Assembly (NCBI GenBank): GCA_963805085.1
Contig: CAWDTA010000001.1
Coordinates: 226,805 to 290,804, forward strand
Origin: an uncultured Veillonellaceae bacterium
Lineage (GTDB): Bacteria; Bacillota; Negativicutes; JARBTT01
Direction: 5' to 3'
DNA: 64,000 bases
The notes below the pieces were generated by a model that did no database searches, was not told the origin of the DNA, and worked only from the letters and a program-made list of their open reading frames with translations. Each line of letters opens with the position of its first letter. Positions within the stretch are counted from its first letter, which is position 1. Shown in pieces: positions 39,837 to 52,502 of this stretch. The position numbers were made by a program, and so were the translations under genes.

Positions 39837-40922
39837 GTGGTATGCAAAGTGCCAAAAGCTGTTCTACGATATATGTTAATCGTTTTAAGTTTCATAGCGT
39901 TTAGTTTGACTTTAGAGTTGACGTCGGCTACGAACACCCAAGATACAATGCTCACTTATTTACCGAAGCTGTATACCAGTCAAAGTGACACAAAAAAAGT
40001 TGAGGCTATGCAAAATATGGACTATAAAGAAAAGATGATTTCATTGATTGAGAAAATTAGCAAGTATTCAAAATCTAAAAATCAGTCTTTTCAGCTGATT
40101 GGTAATAATGGATTAGAGTTATTTCGAACCGAGGAAGTTGGTATGCAAAACGTAAATCGTATTCTTAGTAGTGTCGATGGAATTCTTTTAGAAGGTTTTT
40201 ATTATGGCTGGGAAATGGAAGATGATAAAAGAACGTCAGCAGCAGTCCGAGCAATACTTAATCGAGGCTTAGAAATACCGGTAAGCAAGAACTTGCCAGT
40301 ACTGAATATTGATTATTGTGATAGTATTCGAAAGGTTGAAAAATCTTACCAATTGAATGATGGTAGTAATTTTATTGACTTTGCGGCAAGTAATCGTGAA
40401 CTGGATACGATTCCAACTGATCCACCTCAGATTTATAACGAGAACGACAATACGATTCGTGAGTTGAAGCAAGTAAAAAATTTTATTGCCTTACTTAATC
40501 CACAAAAATTTAAAACCAAGAAAAGTTATTTGGAAAGCTTAAAAAATACAAACTATGATTTACTGATTATTGATATGTATTTTGATGGAGAGCGTCTATT
40601 GCCGAGCGATGTGGAATCGCTCAAAGTGAAGAAAAATGGAGCGACTAGACTGGTATTTTCTTATATGAGTGTTGGTGAAATAGAAAATTATCGTCCGTAT
40701 TGGAAGAGTGAATGGTCAAAGAATCCACCTAAATGGATTGCTGAGATAAATCCAGACTGGGATGGTAATTTTAAAGTCAAATATTGGAATAAAGAGTGGG
40801 AAAATATTCTATTTGGTTTTCCTGATTCTTATTTAGATCTTATCTTGGCATCAAAATTTGATGGGGCATTTATGGATGTGATTGATGCCTTTGAGTATTT
40901 TGAGAGTAAAGATAATGAATAA
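39837..40922 (+). CDS. GH114-like endo-alpha-1,4-(N-acetyl)galactosaminidase (PelA hydrolase-domain homologue), secreted
   Basis: Start is GTG 39837 or GTG 39849, after AAAGGGG. It has a signal peptide (LIVLSFIAFSLTLELTSA). Motifs LLIIDMYFDG, YMSVGEIENYRPYW, KVKYWNKEW and FDGAFMDVIDAFEYF are typical of the GH114/TM1410-like TIM-barrel family. Confidence 0.75.
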   Translation: MVCKVPKAVLRYMLIVLSFIAFSLTLELTSATNTQDTMLTYLPKLYTSQSDTKKVEAMQNMDYKEKMISLIEKISKYSKSKNQSFQLIGNNGLELFRTEEVGMQNVNRILSSVDGILLEGFYYGWEMEDDKRTSAAVRAILNRGLEIPVSKNLPVLNIDYCDSIRKVEKSYQLNDGSNFIDFAASNRELDTIPTDPPQIYNENDNTIRELKQVKNFIALLNPQKFKTKKSYLESLKNTNYDLLIIDMYFDGERLLPSDVESLKVKKNGATRLVFSYMSVGEIENYRPYWKSEWSKNPPKWIAEINPDWDGNFKVKYWNKEWENILFGFPDSYLDLILASKFDGAFMDVIDAFEYFESKDNE

Positions 40923-40938
40923 CTTAAATCCCAGCAAC

Positions 40939-40978
40939 AAAAATGGAGTTATTACAAAACTGTAACAACTCCATTTTT
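40939..40978. terminator. Bidirectional intrinsic terminator between the pel locus and the convergent MCP gene
   Basis: AAAAATGGAGTTATTACA / TGTAACAACTCCATTTTT, with A-run and T-run flanks on both sides. Confidence 0.85.
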
Positions 40979-40988
40979 ATGTATTATT

Positions 40989-42983
40989 TTAAACTTTAAA
41001 TTTATTTACTGCTTCTGCTAATTCCTGTGCTAAGTTAGAAAGTTCATTGCTCGAGGCGGAAATTTCTTGCATAGTAGCGGATTGTTCTTCTGTAGTCGCA
41101 GAAATGCTTTGTGTTTGTTCAGAGCTTTGTTTGCTCATATGATCAATTTCATTAACTGCAGTAACGATTTTTACGCGTTCATTCTCAATATCTTCAACTT
41201 TATTCGAGATTTGATTGATTTTCTCTGTAGTAGCAGCAATTACTTGAGCGATCTCTTGAAAGGCTAGGCCAGCATCATTAACCACTTTTGTGCCAATTTC
41301 AGCTTGGTCAGTTTCTTCCTTCATACCCGATATTACAGTTTCAGTTTCGTGCTGAATGTCATTGATCAATAAAGTTATTTCATGCGCGGCCTCTTGTGAT
41401 TGCTCGGCTAATTTGCGGACTTCTTCAGCGACAACCGAGAAACCACGTCCTTGCTCGCCAGCTCTAGCCGCTTCAATAGCAGCATTTAAGGCAAGTAGAT
41501 TGGTTTGAGCAGCAATATTAGAAATGGTATCAATAATTTGGCCAATCTGTGTGGATTTTTCACCCAGTTGATTTGCTCGTTTTGTAGATTCGATGACTGA
41601 TGATTGAATATTGCCCATTTGGTCAATGGCTTTTTCAATCGATACATTACCAGTGGCAATTGTTTTTGTTGCTGTTGTCGTTTGTTCGGATACTGTTTGT
41701 ACATTTTCAGTTACAGAATGGATATGTTCCGAGATGTTATTCACTAGATGATGCGTATTTTCAACCTGTAACATTTGTGATTCAGCATTGGTGGCAACAA
41801 GAGATATTGCTTCAGCTGAAGTTGCGGCACCTTGCGACACTTCTTCACTGCTTGAAGTAAGTTCTTCGCTGGCGGCACTTACTTTTTCGGCACTGACTTG
41901 AATTTTTTTCGTTAGGGTTCTTAATTGGTTCACCATATTATTATAAGAATGGCCTAATGCACCAATCTCATCTTCTGCATAAACTGTAATGGTTTGCGTT
42001 AAATCACCGTCAGCAACTAATTTTGTCTTTTCTGCCAGAACTCTCATTGGTTGCGTTAATATTTTGGTTAAAACAAAGGCAATGATAACAACAAAAAATG
42101 TAGTTGCTAAACAAGTAAATAGTGAAAAAATAAGTTGTTTGCGAGAATTTGAGATTGAATCGCTTTTACTCGTTTCAGCGACTACCGACCAGTGGGATTG
42201 ATTAATTGGGGCATAACCGGCAATGGTATCTACACCGTCTGGCGTAGTATAATCAACAGCACCAGAATTGGTTAACATAGCGTTAGCTACCGGTTCTAAT
42301 TTATCGACACTGGTGATATTTTTTACCAACTCTTCATTAGGATGAACCAGTAAAGTTCCTTTAGAATCAGCTAAGAAGGCATAGCCTAATTGATTCTTTT
42401 TTGCATTTGTCATTATATTTTTAAGAATACTTAAATCCATAGTCGCAGAAATAGAACCGATTACTTTATCTTGTGAATTTTTAATGGGAACAGAAAGCAC
42501 AAAGATCGCTTTGTTATCGGCTTTAGAATAGATCAAATCACTTACGGATACTTGAGCAGAACCATTTAATATGGGTTTTATGTATGAACGATCGCTCCCG
42601 TTTTGATTATTACCAGCGTTGCGGGCGATTTGCTGTCCAGTGGTATCACAGATAAACATATCGCTAATATCTGGAAAGCTTGTCTTGAAAGATTGTAATA
42701 AAGGAATTAAATCCTGCGGATTCATTGCCTGAACCGTGGGTAGTTTTGTCATTGATCTAAGTAGATTAACTCTGCTTAATAGCATGTCATCGATTTCCTT
42801 AGCGGTATTGATAGCGGTATTTTGATTTAGCGTATGCGCAGTTTCTGTTTCAGCATTATAAGAGATTATACTATTAAAAATAGTAACAATGAATAGTGGG
42901 ATGAGTGCGATTGTCGCAAACCCAAAGGTAAGCTTGGTTTTTAGTTTCGTTGTTCGATCGAGAGTTTTTAAAAATGTGAACAT
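40989..42983 (-). CDS. Methyl-accepting chemotaxis protein with periplasmic double-Cache-type sensor
   Basis: 664 aa with two TM helices flanking a sensor of about 260 aa, then HAMP. The highly conserved signalling hairpin is [35 protein letters not shown]. Confidence 0.9.
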   Translation of the reverse strand: MFTFLKTLDRTTKLKTKLTFGFATIALIPLFIVTIFNSIISYNAETETAHTLNQNTAINTAKEIDDMLLSRVNLLRSMTKLPTVQAMNPQDLIPLLQSFKTSFPDISDMFICDTTGQQIARNAGNNQNGSDRSYIKPILNGSAQVSVSDLIYSKADNKAIFVLSVPIKNSQDKVIGSISATMDLSILKNIMTNAKKNQLGYAFLADSKGTLLVHPNEELVKNITSVDKLEPVANAMLTNSGAVDYTTPDGVDTIAGYAPINQSHWSVVAETSKSDSISNSRKQLIFSLFTCLATTFFVVIIAFVLTKILTQPMRVLAEKTKLVADGDLTQTITVYAEDEIGALGHSYNNMVNQLRTLTKKIQVSAEKVSAASEELTSSSEEVSQGAATSAEAISLVATNAESQMLQVENTHHLVNNISEHIHSVTENVQTVSEQTTTATKTIATGNVSIEKAIDQMGNIQSSVIESTKRANQLGEKSTQIGQIIDTISNIAAQTNLLALNAAIEAARAGEQGRGFSVVAEEVRKLAEQSQEAAHEITLLINDIQHETETVISGMKEETDQAEIGTKVVNDAGLAFQEIAQVIAATTEKINQISNKVEDIENERVKIVTAVNEIDHMSKQSSEQTQSISATTEEQSATMQEISASSNELSNLAQELAEAVNKFKV

Positions 42984-43167
42984 CTGAATTCAACCCTTTC
43001 AAAATAAATGTTGTATATAGGCTGTGATTAATAAATTAATATAAAACATAACTTGCACTTTACTTTATATTCTACTAATACCTACGATATCCTTTGAAAA
43101 ACTATAAAAGACAAATTAGCAATAGGTATTTTGTACTGATCATAAATGAAAATCAATGCTCTGATTT

Positions 43168-43950
43168 TTATTTATGATACATATATGCATCATATTTTTC
43201 TTTCATTTGCTCACGATTTTGCGTATTTGGCCAAAGTTCAATAACAGCGTTGTCACGCATGCCTGCAGCTAAATGAGAATAAAGCATTGGATTATCTTTG
43301 CCTAGAGAGGCGATTAATTCTTTGATTTCTTGCCGCTTTGTTTTGCCGTTGATTGGACAAGGGCTATCAATCGGATGAAAGCCGTGAATAGAGATGGTAT
43401 CACGTATTTCTGCTTCTCTAAAATAAACAAGCGGACGGATGACGGTCAACCCACTGCGATCAAGATAGGTTCTAGGCAGGAACGTTTTTAACTGTCCAGA
43501 GTAGAGTAAACTCATCAAAAAGGTTTCTACAGCATCATCATTATGATGGGCATAAGCAATTTTATTGAAACCATTTTCTTTAGCAAAGCGATTGATCGCA
43601 CCACGGCGAAAAAACGCACAGGTAAAACAAGGATCTTTGCCATTCTGTTCCTTAATTGTTCCAGCAATATCGACGGCTTGGGTGTAAAAGGGGATATCTA
43701 GATTGTTACAAAATTTTTCAATCTTAGAGCTGCTAAAATCATTTGTAAACATTGGATCTATTGTGATTGCAGCAAGATCAAATTTTTTTGGCAAACGCTC
43801 CCGCATCACAGCCAATGCATACGTTAAAAAGGTACTATCCTTGCCGCCTGATAAACCTATAAGAATTTTATCATTTTCTTCAATTAAATTAAATTCTATA
43901 ATAGCGCGCATCAATCGGCTAAAGTGTGTTTGTGGTAAGTTGATTTTCAT
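43168..43950 (-). CDS. ttcA: tRNA 2-thiocytidine biosynthesis protein TtcA-like (PP-loop ATPase)
   Basis: ATG at 43950 follows GAGGTG; the ORF track starts at 43962. PP-loop is SGGKDS and the Cys motif is PCFTCAFFRRG. Confidence 0.8.
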   Translation of the reverse strand: MKINLPQTHFSRLMRAIIEFNLIEENDKILIGLSGGKDSTFLTYALAVMRERLPKKFDLAAITIDPMFTNDFSSSKIEKFCNNLDIPFYTQAVDIAGTIKEQNGKDPCFTCAFFRRGAINRFAKENGFNKIAYAHHNDDAVETFLMSLLYSGQLKTFLPRTYLDRSGLTVIRPLVYFREAEIRDTISIHGFHPIDSPCPINGKTKRQEIKELIASLGKDNPMLYSHLAAGMRDNAVIELWPNTQNREQMKEKYDAYMYHK

Positions 43951-44196
43951 AAGACACCTCAATCAGTTAAAATAATTTTTATTTCAACATTATAGTCTAT
44001 TATTACTGGTATGTGCAAAATAAAAGCAATAAATGTTTAATAAATAAAAAAAAATGATAATAATATAGTGATTGACCTTTTCTAAGTAAGGTAATATGTC
44101 GTATAATGATAAATAAACGAAAATCATGATAATGTTCGATGTAATTTATTGTAGTTAACTATTGATCACTAATTGATTAATTATTTGGAGGTATAT

Positions 44197-45837
44197 ATGA
44201 AAGCAAGTAAGCCTATTTATACGATTGGCCATCGTAATCCTGATACGGATTCCATTTGTTCTGCAATTGGCTATGCACATTTAAAAAGAAGTCTAGGTGA
44301 AAATGTTGAGGCTGCAAGAGCTGGTAAAATCAATGCAGAGACGAAATACGTGTTAGAAACATTTAAAATGGAAACACCAAAACTAATTACGGATTTATAT
44401 CCTCGTGTAAAGGATGTCACTTTAGATTGCAAAGTGGTAGTAAAAGAAAATGATACTTTGCGTACATTAGGTGAAGTAATGCGTGGCAACGGTGTTAAAT
44501 CTGTACCAGTTGTTGATAAAAATAGAAAATTAATTGGAATCGTAACGGTAAGTGATCTTGCGAAACGTTATTTTAATGAACTTAGTATGCAAAACTTGGC
44601 TGAAGCAAATGTGACACTAAGCTCTATTGCTGCCGTGATCGATGGCGAAGTGATCAATGAAGGAAATTTGAATGCGAAGATCACAGGTAATGTTAGAATC
44701 GCTGCAGGTAGTAACAATACAATTCGTAAAGTAATTAAAACAGGTGATGTTGTATTAGTGGGTGATCGTAATGATGAAGCAATGATGACTTGTGTAAATC
44801 AAAATATTTCTTGCCTAGTTGTTACTGGGTCCGGCGAAGTATCAGGCGCCGTTTTATCACTGGCAGAGGAAAAAAACTTAATTGTTATTACGTCACCATA
44901 TGATACATATACTTGTGCTAGATTAGTGAATCAATGTATTCCAGTTAGTATGATTATGCAAAAGAATATTACCAGCTTCAAACCAACAGATATGTTGAGC
45001 GATATCAAAGAAACCATGGAATCAACGCAATTTAGAAATTATCCAGTTGTGGAAAATGACAAATTAGTTGGGGTCGTAAGCAGGGATCAATTGATTGTTC
45101 CAGAGCGCGAAAGAGTTATCTTAGTCGATCATAATGAACGTTCCCAAGCAGTAGAGGGAATTGAAGAAGCCAAAATTATTGAAATTATCGATCATCACCG
45201 TCTTGGTGGGATTCAAACAAGTGAGCCAATTTTTACGCGGCAAGAACCAGTTGGTTGTACAGCGACAATCGTGGCCAATATGTACTGGCATCGCAATGTA
45301 GAAATCCCTGCCAGTATTGCGGGATTATTATTGTCGGCGATCATTTCTGATACGGTATTGTTTAAATCTCCAACTTGTACTTCAGTTGATAAAGAAATTG
45401 CCGAAAAATTAGCGCAGATTGCTGGCGTCGACATCATGAAACACGGAGTGGCACTGTTAAAAGCTGGTTCTGGTATTGGTGATATGAGTCCGACTGAAGT
45501 TGCAAAAAATGATTTAAAGGAATTCCAAATTGGCGAGTATCGTATGATTGTTAGTCAAATATCAGTTATGGATACCTCGGAAGTTCTTGCAATTAAAGAT
45601 GAGCTACTTACTTGTATGGAAAATATCTGTAGAATTGAAGGGTATGATATGAGCTTATTAATGATAACTGATATCATTGCTGAAGGGACAGATTTATTGT
45701 TCACGGGTAAGCCAAAAACCATTATTGCTGAAGCATTTGGTAAACCTGCAAGTGGTAATCTAATAAGTCTACCAGGCGTAATGTCTCGTAAAAAACAAAT
45801 TATTCCACCAATGGTCGAAGCAGCGGGAAGACATTAA
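44197..45837 (+). CDS. CBS-domain-containing family II inorganic pyrophosphatase (DHH-CBS-DRTGG-DHHA2)
   Basis: ATG 44197 follows GGAGG. The N-terminus is GHRNPDTDSICSA (DHH motif I). A CBS pair and DRTGG insert follow, then LVDHNE and IIDHHRLG motifs. Confidence 0.85.
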   Translation: MKASKPIYTIGHRNPDTDSICSAIGYAHLKRSLGENVEAARAGKINAETKYVLETFKMETPKLITDLYPRVKDVTLDCKVVVKENDTLRTLGEVMRGNGVKSVPVVDKNRKLIGIVTVSDLAKRYFNELSMQNLAEANVTLSSIAAVIDGEVINEGNLNAKITGNVRIAAGSNNTIRKVIKTGDVVLVGDRNDEAMMTCVNQNISCLVVTGSGEVSGAVLSLAEEKNLIVITSPYDTYTCARLVNQCIPVSMIMQKNITSFKPTDMLSDIKETMESTQFRNYPVVENDKLVGVVSRDQLIVPERERVILVDHNERSQAVEGIEEAKIIEIIDHHRLGGIQTSEPIFTRQEPVGCTATIVANMYWHRNVEIPASIAGLLLSAIISDTVLFKSPTCTSVDKEIAEKLAQIAGVDIMKHGVALLKAGSGIGDMSPTEVAKNDLKEFQIGEYRMIVSQISVMDTSEVLAIKDELLTCMENICRIEGYDMSLLMITDIIAEGTDLLFTGKPKTIIAEAFGKPASGNLISLPGVMSRKKQIIPPMVEAAGRH

Positions 45838-45852
45838 TTTTTATATAATTTT

Positions 45853-45893
45853 TTAACCTCTGGAGGCTAAGCGTATTAGCTTTCAGAGGTTAA
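45853..45893. repeat. Long imperfect hairpin after the pyrophosphatase gene (possible terminator lacking a clear U-tract)
   Basis: TTAACCTCTGGAGGCTAA / TTAGCTTTCAGAGGTTAA. Confidence 0.45.
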
Positions 45894-45971
45894 GTATTCC
45901 TAGTGGAAAGATCGGTTTTGTAAATAGTTCGCATATTTGCAAAAAAAATGCTGAAAATATGGAGGAGAACA

Positions 45972-48194
45972 TTGAATATTTTTGAAGGTTTAAACCCGGC
46001 CCAAAGAGAAGCCGTTGAACATACCCAAGGTCCATTGCTCATTATGGCAGGTGCGGGCTCAGGAAAAACAAAGGTGCTTACTTGCAAAATTGCAAATTTA
46101 TTAGATCAAGATATCGCACCATACAATATCTTGGCGATTACGTTTACCAATAAAGCTGCTGCTGAAATGCGTGAACGTGTTGATAAATTAATCGGTAGTA
46201 AAGCGAAAGATGTATGGCTTAGTACGTTCCATTCTTTTTGCGCCCGTTTTTTACGTCGTGAAATTGAAGCCATAGATGGCTATAAACGTAATTTTGTTAT
46301 TTATGATTCGAGTGATTCTCAAACAGTCATCAAATCTTGTTTAAAAGAGTTAAATTTAGATGAAAAACAATACACGCCAAATGGTATGCAATCGGCGATT
46401 TCTAGCGCGAAAAATACGCTAAAAGGTGTCCGTGAATTTGAACATGATGCTGACTCTTTTTTTATGGAAAAAGTCGCTGAAGTATATAAACTTTATCAGA
46501 AAAAACTACACAGCAATAATGCTTTAGATTTTGATGATTTACTCATGGTTACAGTTGTATTATTGCAAGAGCATGAAGAGATCTTACAAAAATATCAAAA
46601 TCGTTTTAAATATATCCTAATTGATGAGTATCAAGATACGAATGCAGCGCAATATTTGCTATCTAAATTACTAGCAGCAAGATATCGTAACCTTTGCGTT
46701 GTTGGGGATGCTGACCAAAGTATTTATGGCTGGCGTGGTGCTGATATTAGAAATATCATGGACTTTGAAAATGATTACCCAGAGGCAAAGGTAATTAAGC
46801 TGGAACAAAATTACCGTTCGACGAAAAGTATTTTAGCTGCAGCCAATGCAGTGATTGAACATAATATTGACCGTAAACCAAAGGAACTCTGGACAGAAAA
46901 TAGTACCGGTGAAAAAATAACTTGTTATTTAGCAAATGATGAACGCGATGAAGCCCAATTTATTGCAACAACGATATTAAAACAAAAAACTATCTTTAAT
47001 ATTTCCTATGGTGATATGGCTGTCTTATATCGGACGAATTCGCAATCTCGTGTATTAGAAGAAGGTTTTATGAGAACAGGGATTCCGTATACGATGGTGG
47101 GCGGGTTAAAGTTCTATGACCGTAAGGAAATAAAAGATATCTTAGCATATTTGCGGGTGATTTTTAATCCTGCTGATACTGTAAGCTTAATGCGTATCAT
47201 CAATGTACCAAAACGTGGTCTTGGCGATGCGACGGTAGGTAAGCTAAATGATTTTGCTGCGCAAAACAATATGACACTATTTGACGTTGTTTCTAATCCC
47301 GAGCTTGTACCAGGCTTGACTGCTAGAGTAAAAAGGCCACTAGAATTATTTGGTGAGTTTGTATTTAACATTATGGCGCATCAAAACAATCTTTCCTTAA
47401 TGGAATTGATTGAACGCGTGATGAATGAGTCTGGTTATATTGCAGAATTGGAAGAGGAAAAGAAACCAGAAAATGAGACACGTATCGAAAACTTAAAAGA
47501 ACTACTTAGTGTAGCGAAAGATTTTGCTAAGAGTGGTGAAATTCCAAACCTAGAAAATTTCTTGAGTAATGTTGCACTGGTTTCTGATATAGATAATGCT
47601 GATCTTGAAGAAGAACGCGTGACGATGATGACACTTCACTCAGCAAAAGGACTAGAGTTTCCTACCGTATTTATGGCTGGTATGGAAGAAGGTTTATTCC
47701 CGCATTCCCGAACCTTAATGAATGAAACAGAGATTGAAGAAGAACGCCGTACGTGTTACGTTGGTATTACACGTGCTAGACGCAAACTTTATTTAACCAA
47801 TGCAAAGGCGCGGACAATTTACGGTAAAACGCTATGCTATCCGCAGTCACGTTTCTTAGGCGAAATTCCGGAGGAGTATCTAGAACGCTTAGTTGTTCGT
47901 GCGAATAACTATGGCTTTACCAATTCTAATAATAATCAGATTGGCTTTAGCGGCAGTTTTAGACCAACGAATCAAATGCAAACTGCTCCAACCGTAAATA
48001 CGACTGGATCAGCGATCAAACCAGATAATAGTGTTAGCTGGCGTGCCGGTGATAAAGCGAAACATGGTAAATGGGGCATTGGTACCGTTGTAACGGTAAA
48101 AGGCAGTGGTGAAGAAGTGGAATTGCAAATTGCGTTCCCAGACCAAGGCATCAAATCCTTAATGCAAAAATATGCACCGATAACCAAAGCATAA
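45972..48194 (+). CDS. pcrA: ATP-dependent DNA helicase PcrA (UvrD family)
   Basis: The preferred start is TTG 45972, 4 nt after GGAGGAG; the ORF track has ATG 45948. It has GLNPAQREAV, Walker A AGAGSGKT and the UvrD motifs throughout. pcrA-ligA adjacency matches Bacillus. Confidence 0.93.
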   Translation: MNIFEGLNPAQREAVEHTQGPLLIMAGAGSGKTKVLTCKIANLLDQDIAPYNILAITFTNKAAAEMRERVDKLIGSKAKDVWLSTFHSFCARFLRREIEAIDGYKRNFVIYDSSDSQTVIKSCLKELNLDEKQYTPNGMQSAISSAKNTLKGVREFEHDADSFFMEKVAEVYKLYQKKLHSNNALDFDDLLMVTVVLLQEHEEILQKYQNRFKYILIDEYQDTNAAQYLLSKLLAARYRNLCVVGDADQSIYGWRGADIRNIMDFENDYPEAKVIKLEQNYRSTKSILAAANAVIEHNIDRKPKELWTENSTGEKITCYLANDERDEAQFIATTILKQKTIFNISYGDMAVLYRTNSQSRVLEEGFMRTGIPYTMVGGLKFYDRKEIKDILAYLRVIFNPADTVSLMRIINVPKRGLGDATVGKLNDFAAQNNMTLFDVVSNPELVPGLTARVKRPLELFGEFVFNIMAHQNNLSLMELIERVMNESGYIAELEEEKKPENETRIENLKELLSVAKDFAKSGEIPNLENFLSNVALVSDIDNADLEEERVTMMTLHSAKGLEFPTVFMAGMEEGLFPHSRTLMNETEIEEERRTCYVGITRARRKLYLTNAKARTIYGKTLCYPQSRFLGEIPEEYLERLVVRANNYGFTNSNNNQIGFSGSFRPTNQMQTAPTVNTTGSAIKPDNSVSWRAGDKAKHGKWGIGTVVTVKGSGEEVELQIAFPDQGIKSLMQKYAPITKA

Positions 48195-48217
48195 TTTTAT
48201 ATTTTTTACTTTAATAT

Positions 48218-48236
48218 GGGCGAACTTTGTTCGCCT
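48218..48236. repeat. GC hairpin, copy A of a short direct repeat flanking RNA element copy 1
   Basis: GGGCGAAC TTT GTTCGCC(T). It is nearly identical to 48479-48497, and no U-tract follows. Confidence 0.7.
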
Positions 48237-48289
48237 CAGAATGTCGACAAAATAAAAATATTTACATTAGTAAATAGAAACAATTTAAA

Positions 48290-50554
<2,265 letters not shown>

Positions 50555-50573
50555 GTAAAAGTCAAAAATAAAT

Positions 50574-50617
50574 AAAAGCTACTTACCCCAAAAAAGTGAG
50601 TAGCTTTCGCTTGTTTT
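50574..50617 (+). terminator. Intrinsic terminator after ligA
   Basis: AAAGCTACTTAC / GTGAGTAGCTTT stem followed by CGCTTGTTTT. Confidence 0.75.
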
Positions 50618-50621
50618 AAGA

Positions 50622-50650
50622 TTGAAAATTTTACATCGATTCATTAATAT
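50622..50650 (+). promoter_or_regulatory. Sigma-A-type promoter for gatCAB
   Basis: TTGAAA (50622-50627), 17 nt spacer, TAATAT (50645-50650). Confidence 0.5.
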
Positions 50651-50730
50651 GATAAAATGAAGGGTAAAATTGTAATAGTATAGATTATTCATGCTAAGGC
50701 AATGATAGAGTAAAACTGGATGGTGAAAAA

Positions 50731-51021
50731 ATGAAAATTACGCGTAAAGATGTTGAGAATGTGGCATTGTTGTCACGCCTTGAAATTCCTGAAGTAGAAG
50801 TAGAAACGTATACTGGTCAGTTAAATGCATTTTTAGAATATGCGGATGTTTTGACTAGTCTTAATACAAAAGGTGTCGAACCAACTGCTCACGTATTACC
50901 ATTAAAAAATGTTTTTCGTGCCGATGAAGTAAAACCTTCCCTTGATCGTGAATTAGCATTATCCAATGCACCAGAACAAGAAAATGGCTACTTTAAAGTA
51001 CCGAAAATTATGGAAGGTTAG
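50731..51021 (+). CDS. gatC: Glu/Asp-tRNA amidotransferase subunit C
   Basis: 96 aa with N-terminus [18 protein letters not shown]. It precedes gatA-gatB. Confidence 0.92.
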   Translation: MKITRKDVENVALLSRLEIPEVEVETYTGQLNAFLEYADVLTSLNTKGVEPTAHVLPLKNVFRADEVKPSLDRELALSNAPEQENGYFKVPKIMEG

Positions 51022-51032
51022 GAGGAACACCA

Positions 51033-52502
51033 GTGAATTTATTTAACAAACCAGCACATGTGCTTCATGACATGTTAATAAATAAAGAAATTACAGCTGT
51101 AGAACTCACAAATGACCTTTTTGCTCGTATTGACGAAGTTGAAGGTGAAGTGAAAGCTTACATAACACAAACAAGAGAAGCTGCGCTAACAAAAGCAAAA
51201 GCTGTCGATGAAAAAATTGCTCGTGGTGAAGAAATTTCCTTCTTAGAAGGGATTCCTGGGGTTGTAAAAGATAACATTTGTACAAAAGGCGTAAAAACGA
51301 CTTGTGCATCAAAAATGTTAGAAAACTTTGTACCACCTTATAATGCTACGGTTGTTGAAAAATTAAATGCTGTGAATCCGGTAATCCTTGGTAAAGCGAA
51401 TCTTGATGAATTCGCCATGGGCGGTTCTACGGAGAATTCAGCTTTTTATCCTACCCACAATCCTTGGAATATCGATTGTGTACCAGGTGGTTCTAGTGGT
51501 GGTTCCGCTGCTGCTGTTGCCGCAGGGACAGCGATTTGGTCACTTGGTTCTGATACTGGTGGATCTATTCGCCAACCAGCGTCCTTCTGTGGTCTTGTTG
51601 GGTTGAAACCTACATATGGTCGTGTTTCTCGTTTTGGGCTTGTTGCCTTTGCATCCTCCTTAGATCAAATTGGACCGATCACCCGCGATGTGACTGACTG
51701 TGCACATTTAATGAATATCATTGCTGGTTATGATAAAAACGATTCTACTTCCATTAATGCCGAAGTGCCAGACTATACAAAATCTTTAACAAAAGATGTA
51801 AAAGGTTTAAAAATTGGTCTACCAAAAGAATATTTTGTTAAAGGTATGGATGAGGACGTAGAAAAAGCAGTGCGCGCGGCAATAAAACAATTAGAAGATA
51901 TGGGGGCAGAAATTGTAGAAGTTTCTATGCCTCATACAGAATATGCAATATCGGCCTATTATTTAATCGCAACGGCAGAAGCAAGTTCCAATCTCGCGCG
52001 TTATGATGGCGTAAGCTATGGTGCACGTGTCGAAGGTACTGATATTGTCGACATGTTTAAGAAAACACGTAGTGAAAAATTTGGTCAAGAAGTAAAACGT
52101 CGTATCATGCTTGGTACTTATGCATTAAGTGCTGGCTACTATGATGCCTATTATCTACAAGCATTAAGAGTTCGTACTTTGGTAAAACAAGATTTTGATA
52201 AAGCTTTTGAAAAAGTCGATGTACTCGTTACGCCGATCGCGCCAACGCCAGCCTATAAAATTGGTGATATGGTGAGTGATCCAATGAAAATGTATTTACA
52301 AGACGTTTGTACGGTTCCTGTGAATTTATCTGGTGTACCGGGTATTTCTGTGCCATGTGGTTTTAGTGATGATGGTATGCCAATTGGCTTGCAAATCATT
52401 GGGAAACCACTAGGGGAAGAAACTCTAATCCGCACTGCTTATACATTTGAACAAAACAATGAGTTTCACAAGAGCATTGCACCATTGCGGGAGGCTAAAT
52501 AA
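51033..52502 (+). CDS. gatA: Glu/Asp-tRNA amidotransferase subunit A
   Basis: GTG start after AGGAGG. The amidase signature is [14 protein letters not shown]. Confidence 0.95.
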   Translation: MNLFNKPAHVLHDMLINKEITAVELTNDLFARIDEVEGEVKAYITQTREAALTKAKAVDEKIARGEEISFLEGIPGVVKDNICTKGVKTTCASKMLENFVPPYNATVVEKLNAVNPVILGKANLDEFAMGGSTENSAFYPTHNPWNIDCVPGGSSGGSAAAVAAGTAIWSLGSDTGGSIRQPASFCGLVGLKPTYGRVSRFGLVAFASSLDQIGPITRDVTDCAHLMNIIAGYDKNDSTSINAEVPDYTKSLTKDVKGLKIGLPKEYFVKGMDEDVEKAVRAAIKQLEDMGAEIVEVSMPHTEYAISAYYLIATAEASSNLARYDGVSYGARVEGTDIVDMFKKTRSEKFGQEVKRRIMLGTYALSAGYYDAYYLQALRVRTLVKQDFDKAFEKVDVLVTPIAPTPAYKIGDMVSDPMKMYLQDVCTVPVNLSGVPGISVPCGFSDDGMPIGLQIIGKPLGEETLIRTAYTFEQNNEFHKSIAPLREAK

